From Candidatus Fermentibacterota bacterium (lineage in GTDB: Bacteria; Fermentibacterota; Fermentibacteria; Fermentibacterales; JCC-6): a stretch of 64,000 bases of DNA. Shown in pieces: positions 57,640 through 64,000 of this stretch. The stretch lies in contig WJMA01000054.1 in the NCBI GenBank assembly GCA_014728175.1, positions 71,673-135,672 on the forward strand, in the 5' to 3' direction. The notes under the pieces are model-generated. The model was given only the letters and a program-made list of their open reading frames with translations. It was not told the origin of the DNA and searched no databases. Each line of letters starts with the position of its first letter. Within the stretch, counting starts at the first letter, position 1. Position numbers and translations under genes: made by a program.

Positions 57640-59007
57640 TCAGGCCCTGTACACCGTCTTCGCGTTCACGAACTCCAGTATTCCCTCCCTGGATAGTTCC
57701 CTGCCGTAACCGGATCCCTTGATCCCTCCGAAGGGAAGCCGGGGATCGGATCGCACGAACGTGTTCACGAAGCAGCAACCCGCCCGCAGCCGATCCGCGG
57801 CTATGCGCTCGCCTTTCTCCACGTCGGACGTGAAGACGGCGGCTCCCAGTCCGAAGGAGGTGTCGTTTGCCAGCCGGATGCATTCCTCCTCGTCCGCCGC
57901 CTCCAGCACGGCCGCCACCGGGCCGAAGGTTTCCTCGTCGAACGCGGGCATGCCCTTACTCACCCCGGTCAGAACCGACGGAGGATAGAACCAGCCCCGG
58001 CCCCCGGGCATCTCGCATCCCAGCGCCACCGAGGCTCCCATCTTCACGCTCCTCCGGACCTGGCCGTGGATCTCCTCCCGCAGATCGGCCCTGGCCATGG
58101 GCCCTACGTCCACCCCTCCTTCCAGCGGATCTCCCATCGTCCTGGCGGCCATTCGCTCGATCAGCAAATCGCAGAAATCGAAGGATACCTTTCTCTCCAC
58201 GATCATCCTCTTCGCCGATATGCAGCACTGCCCCGCGTTTATGAGCCTGGAGAAGGCACACGTCTCGGCGGCCGCGCGCAGGTCCGCGTCCGCCAGGATC
58301 ACGTAGGGGTCGCTTCCGCCCAGCTCCAGCACGGACGGAATCAGGGAGGCCCCCGCCGAGCTGCCCACGGAGATCCCGGCCGGGGTGCTTCCGGTGAGGG
58401 ACACCCCCCTCACTCTAGGGTCGGCGATGACGTCGGAAACCTTGTCGGAGGGCAGAACGAGTACGTCGAACAGGCCCTCGGGGAAACCGGCGCCCCGAAT
58501 GATCTCACCTATCCTCAGAGCACAGCCGGTCACGTTGGACGAATGCTTCAGAAGGGCGGCGTTTCCGGCCATGAGTGACGGGGCGAGGAACCGGAATACC
58601 TGCCAAAAGGGAAAGTTCCAGGGCATCACCGCCAGCAGAACCCCCAGCGGCCTGTACGTCACGTAGCTTCTCGCCGCGTCCGTGGGTATCGGACGGTCTT
58701 CCAGATGCGCCTCGGCGTTCCCGGCGTAGTAGTCGCATACCCGGGCGCACTTCTCAGCTTCCGACCGGCCCTCGGTCAAGGGCTTGCCCATCTCCGTCGC
58801 CATCAGCCGCGCCAGGTCCGAGGCCCGCTCTCGAAGCAGCCGAGCAGCTCCGCCCATAACCTCCGCCCGTTCTCCGAACCCGGTCGCCGCCCATTCCCGC
58901 TGGGCGGACTCCGCCGCCTCCAGCATCTCCTCGATCCGTTCCGGAGAGGTCTCCGAGTACGACGCTATACGTTCCTCCGTGGATGGGTTGTACGATTCGA
59001 GTGCCAC
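57640..59007 (-). CDS. NAD(P)-dependent succinate-semialdehyde dehydrogenase-like ALDH (GabD1/Sad type)
   Basis: VMPWNFPFWQVFRF, LKHSS, LELGGSDP, NAGQCCI, EETFGP and PFGGIK.SGYGREL. Confidence 0.88.
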   Translation of the reverse strand: MALESYNPSTEERIASYSETSPERIEEMLEAAESAQREWAATGFGERAEVMGGAARLLRERASDLARLMATEMGKPLTEGRSEAEKCARVCDYYAGNAEAHLEDRPIPTDAARSYVTYRPLGVLLAVMPWNFPFWQVFRFLAPSLMAGNAALLKHSSNVTGCALRIGEIIRGAGFPEGLFDVLVLPSDKVSDVIADPRVRGVSLTGSTPAGISVGSSAGASLIPSVLELGGSDPYVILADADLRAAAETCAFSRLINAGQCCISAKRMIVERKVSFDFCDLLIERMAARTMGDPLEGGVDVGPMARADLREEIHGQVRRSVKMGASVALGCEMPGGRGWFYPPSVLTGVSKGMPAFDEETFGPVAAVLEAADEEECIRLANDTSFGLGAAVFTSDVEKGERIAADRLRAGCCFVNTFVRSDPRLPFGGIKGSGYGRELSREGILEFVNAKTVYRA

Positions 59008-59465
59008 AGGGCCCTCCTTTCACCATCTGAAATATCCGATCCAAAAGCCCAACCGGAACCGATTCTAACGAAAGCCCTCTGGTAACCGTTGTCAATCGGC
59101 CACATCCATTACATGGCTAATTATCAACCTGGGAATAAGTTAACAGTGATATCAAGGGAGGCCGAGAGCATCCATAGTGGGCGAGGACGCCCTTCAAATT
59201 CCGACAGAAAAAGTATCAAACTCATGGCAGTCAGGGCTTTGTGAATCCAGCAACGATCTAGCGGGTATCGATACCGCCTCGCGGCCTTGACTATCGATCA
59301 TCGACTTTGTTGGTTACCGTTTCTGCACGACTGGGCTCGCAGCCGACAGGCCAGGGGGGAGCCCCGAACCAGTTACGATCGAGGTTTTCCTGTCGGCCCA
59401 TCAAAACCGGGTTAGGTCTGCACCGCAAGGTGTTGGAAGACTGAGAGGTCTCGGTTCTCAGCGAT

Positions 59466-60491
59466 ATGCATTACCTGAGCCATGATAGACTCAGGCAGCT
59501 TCTGGAAAAGCTGACCTCCAGCTACAGTGTGTTCGTCCCGGTGGAGGACGGCAGCGGTCTACAATACGTTCCCTACACGTCGGACCTGGAGCATTTCGAC
59601 CCCGGCCAAGTCAGAGCGTTCGAGCCCCTTAAGCTCTTCTTCCAGAGGGCCCGGGAGGTAGTCGCCCAAGACTACGACACCGACCTTCCCGGCCAAGATA
59701 AGAAGCCGGTCTGCGTGGTGGGGGCCAAGGCCTGCGACCTCAAAGGGTTCAAGGTCCTTGACCATGCCCTGCTGAAGGGCGAGTACGAGGACCCGTTCTA
59801 CAAGAGGAATCGGGAGCGGAACCTGATCATCTCCTGCGACTGTACCACCGCCCTGGACACCTGCTTCTGCATGGCCATGGGGGTGAAGCCTTTCCCCGAG
59901 GAAGCCTTCGACATCAACCTGTCTCCCGTGGAGGGGGGTTACCTCGTCGAGGCCGGATCTAAGAAGGGAGAGGCCCTCCTGGAAGCGTCCTCGGGCATTC
60001 TGGGGGAGCCGGACCAGGACATGATGGCAGAGAGGGGTAGAACCCGCAACCAGGTGGCCGAGCTGGTCCAGGCCAACATCGAGGAGTCGGGGGTGCCCGA
60101 CCGGAAGAGTCTGGAAGGCGCGGTCAGACGCATGTACGATTCCGAGGTATGGGCGGACGAGGCCCGGACCTGCGTGGAATGCGGGGCATGCAACACCATA
60201 TGCCCCACCTGCCACTGCTTCCTGCTTTACGACCAGAAGAACGAAGGAAAGATGGAGCGCCTCCGCATCTGGGACTCCTGCCTGTTGAAGGGATTTGCCC
60301 GGGTCGGCGGAGGCGACAATCCACGGCCGGAGCTGTGGATGCGGCTTCGCAACCGGTTCGAGAAGAAGTTCGATTTCTTCCCGGAGGTGGCGAACGTCTA
60401 CGCCTGTACCGGCTGCGGCAGATGCATCACCGGTTGCCCGGCCAAGATAGACATAAGAGAGGTTCTGGGCAGGTTGGTTTCCAATGGGTAA
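59466..60491 (+). CDS. AsrA/HydB/FlxB-like 4Fe-4S subunit
   Basis: ACD, CFC, CVECGACNTICPTCHCF, WDSC and CTGCGRCITGCP. Confidence 0.88.
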   Translation: MHYLSHDRLRQLLEKLTSSYSVFVPVEDGSGLQYVPYTSDLEHFDPGQVRAFEPLKLFFQRAREVVAQDYDTDLPGQDKKPVCVVGAKACDLKGFKVLDHALLKGEYEDPFYKRNRERNLIISCDCTTALDTCFCMAMGVKPFPEEAFDINLSPVEGGYLVEAGSKKGEALLEASSGILGEPDQDMMAERGRTRNQVAELVQANIEESGVPDRKSLEGAVRRMYDSEVWADEARTCVECGACNTICPTCHCFLLYDQKNEGKMERLRIWDSCLLKGFARVGGGDNPRPELWMRLRNRFEKKFDFFPEVANVYACTGCGRCITGCPAKIDIREVLGRLVSNG

Positions 60492-61308
60492 TACCACCAA
60501 TCCCTACAGCATGGTGCGCTCGAGGGTGCTGAAGGTGGTCAAGGAGACCCCCACCATATACACGATAAGGCTCAAGCCCGACCGGGAGGTCCCTTTCGAT
60601 CCCGGTCAGTTCATCCAGCTGACGGTTCCGGGGGTGGGCGAGGCGCCCTTCACCCCCTCCTCTCACTACAGGAAGCCCGAGACCCTCGACGTAACCGTGG
60701 CCCGGGTGGGCAAGGTCACCGACAGGATCCACCAGCTCAGCCCGGGAGACGAGGTAGGGATACGGGGGCCCTACGGCAACAACTACCCGCTGGAAGATTT
60801 CCGGGACCGCGAAGTTCTGGTGGTGGGCGGCGGCGTTGGGTTCGCCCCGATGAGGGCGGTTATGTACGGCCTGTTCGACATCGTATCCAGCCTGGCCAAG
60901 CTCCTCTACCGGGGCGGTTGCAGGAATCCCTCCGAGCTGGTGTACCGCGAGGAGATGTCCCGATGGTTCGACCGCGACGACCTGAACATCGTTCTTACCG
61001 TGGACGAGGGCGACGAGACCTGGCGGGGCCCCACCGGCGTGGTCACCACCATCCTGGAAGACCTTAGCCTGGACTTCGAGAGCGCGGTGGCCATCGTCTG
61101 CGGGCCACCCATAATGATGAAGTTCTCAACGCTGAAGCTTTTAGAGATGGGCTTCTCCGATTCCAACATTTTCCTGTCCATGGAGAAGAACATGTCCTGC
61201 GCGATAGGACAGTGCGGTCACTGCAGGATAGGCCCCTACTACTGCTGTACCGACGGGCCGGTTTTCAGGTACTCACAGATCAAGCAGTACCCTAATATCT
61301 GGGACTGA
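60484..61308 (+). CDS. AsrB/HydG/FlxA-like FAD/NAD(P)-binding 2Fe-2S subunit
   Basis: PGQF, GEAP, RGPYGN, GGGVGFAP, CGPPIMM and MSCAIGQCGHC...CTDGPVF. Confidence 0.9.
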   Translation: MGNTTNPYSMVRSRVLKVVKETPTIYTIRLKPDREVPFDPGQFIQLTVPGVGEAPFTPSSHYRKPETLDVTVARVGKVTDRIHQLSPGDEVGIRGPYGNNYPLEDFRDREVLVVGGGVGFAPMRAVMYGLFDIVSSLAKLLYRGGCRNPSELVYREEMSRWFDRDDLNIVLTVDEGDETWRGPTGVVTTILEDLSLDFESAVAIVCGPPIMMKFSTLKLLEMGFSDSNIFLSMEKNMSCAIGQCGHCRIGPYYCCTDGPVFRYSQIKQYPNIWD

Positions 61309-61314
61309 CGGAGG

Positions 61315-61890
61315 ATGGAAAGAACCAAGAGCTTCAAGGGCAGCGCTGAGCAGTTGCACATGGGACGGGCCAACCCCGAGCCCCGGCCGGGGAGCGACCT
61401 CAGGCTGTACGTCGACCTGGACGTCTGCGCTACCGGCGAGTGCGAGGAGTGCGTCGTCGAGTGCAGCTACTTCTACCACCCCTGGAACAACGGGATTGTA
61501 TCAGCGGTGGAGCTCGCCACCTACTACCTGGTCTGCAGGCGCTGCGAAGAGCCCCATTGCGTCAACGCCTGTCCCAAGGACGCGCTGGCGCAGCTGGAGG
61601 AAAAGGACAACATGCTGGTCAGGTACCCCATCCGGTGCATCACCTGCCGGTCCTGCTCGCACGCCTGTCCTTACGGGACCATCTATCCCGAGCTGGTGCC
61701 CCAGCTGGTCCACATATGCGATTTCTGCTACGACCGGCGTGACCTGGAGGACGAGCCCCTGTGCATCAAGTCCTGTCCCTACGGAGCGCTGAAACTTATG
61801 CCCGCGGACACCGAGCTCGACGAGAACACGTTCCTGGTTGGTGACAACCTCATAGTCCATTCGACTCACTGGGACAGAGAGAAGGCATGA
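61315..61890 (+). CDS. 4Fe-4S electron-transfer subunit (HycB/CooF/DmsB-like)
   Basis: CRRCEEPHCVNACP, CITCRSCSHACPYG and CDFC...CIKSCP. Confidence 0.85.
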   Translation: MERTKSFKGSAEQLHMGRANPEPRPGSDLRLYVDLDVCATGECEECVVECSYFYHPWNNGIVSAVELATYYLVCRRCEEPHCVNACPKDALAQLEEKDNMLVRYPIRCITCRSCSHACPYGTIYPELVPQLVHICDFCYDRRDLEDEPLCIKSCPYGALKLMPADTELDENTFLVGDNLIVHSTHWDREKA

Positions 61891-62810
61891 TCTACCTCCT
61901 CTATCTGCTGGTTTACGGTTTTCTGGCCACCGCGGCGCTGGGCCTTTTCCTAAGCTGGGTGGACCGGAAGGTCACGGCCAGGGTCCAGTACAGGGTGGGT
62001 CCCCCACTGCTTCAGCCTCTGTACGACGTAGTCAAGCTGATGGGCAAGGAGAACCTGATACCGGCGGGAGCCTCCCGCCTGGCGTTCGTGTCCGCGCCCC
62101 TTATCGGCTTCTCCTCGGTGGTGGTGGTGTCCGCCCTCCTGTGGAGCAACAACCTCAATCCTTCCCAGAGCTTCATGGGGGACTGGATAGTGGTCATCTA
62201 CCTGCTCACCATCCCCTCCATCAGCATCATCATGGGCGGGTTCGCCTCCAAGAACCCCCTGGCCAGCCTGGGAGCCTCCAGGGAGATGAAGCTCCTTATC
62301 GCTTACGAGCTCCCCTTCATTCTGGCCGCGCTGGTCCCGGTCATCAACTCCGGAGGCTCGCTTCGACTGGGCGAGATCCTCACCTGGCAGGCCGAGGCGG
62401 GGGCTACGGCCACCAACCTCTCGGGCATCATAGCCCTGCTGGTCATGATCCCCACCATACAGGCCAAGCTGGCGCTGGTTCCCTTCGACATCCCCGAGGC
62501 GGAGACCGAGATAGTGGAGGGCCCGATGGTGGAGTACTCCGGCACCGGCCTGGCGCTGTTCAAGCTTATGAAGAATATGCTCCTGTTCGTGATCCCCTTC
62601 TTCGCCACCATACTCTTCCTGGACGGGATTACCTTTCAGGGGATACACATACTGTGGGGAGCCCTGAAGATAGTGGTTCTGGTGGCTCTGGTCACAGTCA
62701 TCCGCAACACCAATCCGAGGGTGCGGATAGATCAGGCCCTACGTTTCTTCTGGGGGCCCGTAACGCTGCTGGCGGTCGCGGCCGTCGTGCTGGCGTACCT
62801 GGGTTTATAG
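61887..62810 (+). CDS. Group 4 hydrogenase membrane subunit (NuoH/HycD/MbhM-like)
   Basis: DRKVTARVQYRVGPP, GASRE and PFDIPEAETEIVEG..VEYSG. Confidence 0.92.
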   Translation: MIYLLYLLVYGFLATAALGLFLSWVDRKVTARVQYRVGPPLLQPLYDVVKLMGKENLIPAGASRLAFVSAPLIGFSSVVVVSALLWSNNLNPSQSFMGDWIVVIYLLTIPSISIIMGGFASKNPLASLGASREMKLLIAYELPFILAALVPVINSGGSLRLGEILTWQAEAGATATNLSGIIALLVMIPTIQAKLALVPFDIPEAETEIVEGPMVEYSGTGLALFKLMKNMLLFVIPFFATILFLDGITFQGIHILWGALKIVVLVALVTVIRNTNPRVRIDQALRFFWGPVTLLAVAAVVLAYLGL

Positions 62811-62832
62811 CAATGTGTTTCGGGAGTAACCG

Positions 62833-63255
62833 ATGAGCATCAAACTCAAGGCGCTTCTCAAGTCACCCTGGGTGTTCCACTTCTCGACGGGAAGCTGCAA
62901 CAACTGCGATATAGAGATCCTGGACTGCCTTACTCCCAGGTTCGATATCGAGCGTTTCGGGATGCTGCTGGCCGGCAGCATCAAGCACGCGGACGTCCTT
63001 CTGGTAACCGGCTCCTGCAACCGGATGTCCGCCGACAGGCTAAGAAAGCTCTACGACCAGGTACCCAAGCCCTGTCTGGTGGTGGCCATCGGTGAGTGCT
63101 CAATGTCCAGGGGGATGTTCATTCACAGCTACAACTGTCCGGTTCCCCTGGACCATATCGTGCCGGTCGACGTTTACATCCCCGGTTGCCCGCCCAAGCC
63201 GGAAGCGATCATCGCAGGCGTGGTCAAGCTGATAGAGAAGGTACGCAGCTCATGA
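62833..63255 (+). CDS. Group 4 hydrogenase small subunit (NuoB/MbhJ-like)
   Basis: GSCNNCDIE, HADVLLVTG, IGEC and YIPGCPP. Confidence 0.92.
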   Translation: MSIKLKALLKSPWVFHFSTGSCNNCDIEILDCLTPRFDIERFGMLLAGSIKHADVLLVTGSCNRMSADRLRKLYDQVPKPCLVVAIGECSMSRGMFIHSYNCPVPLDHIVPVDVYIPGCPPKPEAIIAGVVKLIEKVRSS

Positions 63256-63725
63256 ACCGAGAAGAGATACTCCAGGATCTCAGGAGCAGGTTCGCCGGAG
63301 ACATCCTGGACTTCCAGGACAAGAGCCCGAAGAGGGTTTTCGTGGAGATAAGGCCCGAGGCTTTGAAGCAGGTGGCCCGACACGTATTCTTCGACCTGAA
63401 GGCCCGGTTCAACATAGCCTCCGGCATCGACACCCGGCGGGCGATAGAGATCCTTTACCATTTCACCATCGAAGACATAAACCTGATGATAAACCTCCGG
63501 GTGAAGCTGGACCGAGACCACCCGGTGATAGAGTCGCTGGCCCCCTGGATAGAGGCCACGAACTGGATCGAGAGGGAGATAAGCGAGCTTCTCGGAGTCG
63601 AGTTCAAGGGCCATCCGGACATGCGCAGGCTGCTTCTGGCCGACAACTGGCCTGAAGGCGTTTATCCACTCAGGCAGGACTACGAGGAGTGGGACGAAAC
63701 AGCGATAAGGGACAGAGGCGTCTGA
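63252..63725 (+). CDS. Group 4 hydrogenase NuoC/MbhK-like subunit
   Basis: ILYHF and WIEREISELLG..F.GHP...LLL..WP...YPLR; ATG overlaps the upstream stop. Confidence 0.88.
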   Translation: MNREEILQDLRSRFAGDILDFQDKSPKRVFVEIRPEALKQVARHVFFDLKARFNIASGIDTRRAIEILYHFTIEDINLMINLRVKLDRDHPVIESLAPWIEATNWIEREISELLGVEFKGHPDMRRLLLADNWPEGVYPLRQDYEEWDETAIRDRGV

Positions 63726-64000
63726 TGGGCAAGAGAACCGTAGTTCCCATAGGGCCGTTCCATCCGCTGCAGGAGGAACCGGAGTTCTTTACCCTCACCG
63801 TCGAGGGCGAGCGGGTGGTGGACATAGACGTCCGCATAGGGTACAACCACAGGGGCATCGAAAAGCTCTCCGAGCGGAAGAACTTCGACCAGAGCACCTT
63901 CGTCATAGAGAGGATCTGCGGAATCTGCTCCACCAGCCACCCCTTCGCCTACACCAGGGCCGTGGAGGACGTATTCCCCATGGAGGTGCCCGAAAGAGCC
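63725..64000 (+). CDS. Group 4 [NiFe]-hydrogenase large subunit, partial
   Basis: Manual translation MGKRTVVPIGPFHPLQEEP...GYNHRGIEK...ERICGICSTSH, containing the Ni-binding L1 motif; runs off the window. Confidence 0.9.
   Translation, partial: MGKRTVVPIGPFHPLQEEPEFFTLTVEGERVVDIDVRIGYNHRGIEKLSERKNFDQSTFVIERICGICSTSHPFAYTRAVEDVFPMEVPERA

Noticed and set aside
59239-59256. Rex operator upstream of the hydrogenase operon
   Set aside because: Only the TTGTGAA half-site is present; the second half does not match TTCACAA.
61887-64000. Respiratory complex I (nuo) call
   Set aside because: The small subunit has CxxC (CNNC) and the large subunit has the Ni-binding RICGIC motif, which fits a group 4 hydrogenase.

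Overview
GC-rich bacterial window from an anaerobe, densely coding, with no rRNA, tRNA, CRISPR array or mobile element that I could recognise. A T9SS-like C-terminal domain, beta-propeller lipoproteins and a TolC suggest a diderm, possibly FCB-superphylum or Fermentibacterota-like (inference). The left ~28 kb is accessory and envelope material: a partial GGDEF protein, a TetR-TolC-MFP-RND operon, Pcm, YARHG, AKR, TPR, flippase and glycosyltransferases, ALDH7, secreted propeller proteins and a nupC pseudogene. The right ~36 kb is a central-carbon and energy island: sucCD-fumAB; hdrCBA-mvhD co-oriented with a soluble fumarate-reductase-like pair; a LeuCD-type hydratase, icd, pckA, larA, maeB and a cNMP-AckA-PduL fusion; a glcD-glcF-'adaptor'-mvhD-mvhG-mvhA-protease operon; SSADH; and the start of a group 4 membrane [NiFe]-hydrogenase preceded by an AsrA/AsrB-like NAD(P)H module. 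The best candidate for an undescribed system is a chimeric Fe-S protein (53685-54251) that joins a copy of the GlcF N-terminal domain to an HdrA-like C-terminal ferredoxin domain, apparently wiring a 2-hydroxyacid dehydrogenase directly to an Mvh hydrogenase. All calls come from reading motifs by eye; no searches were run, so novelty is unverified.
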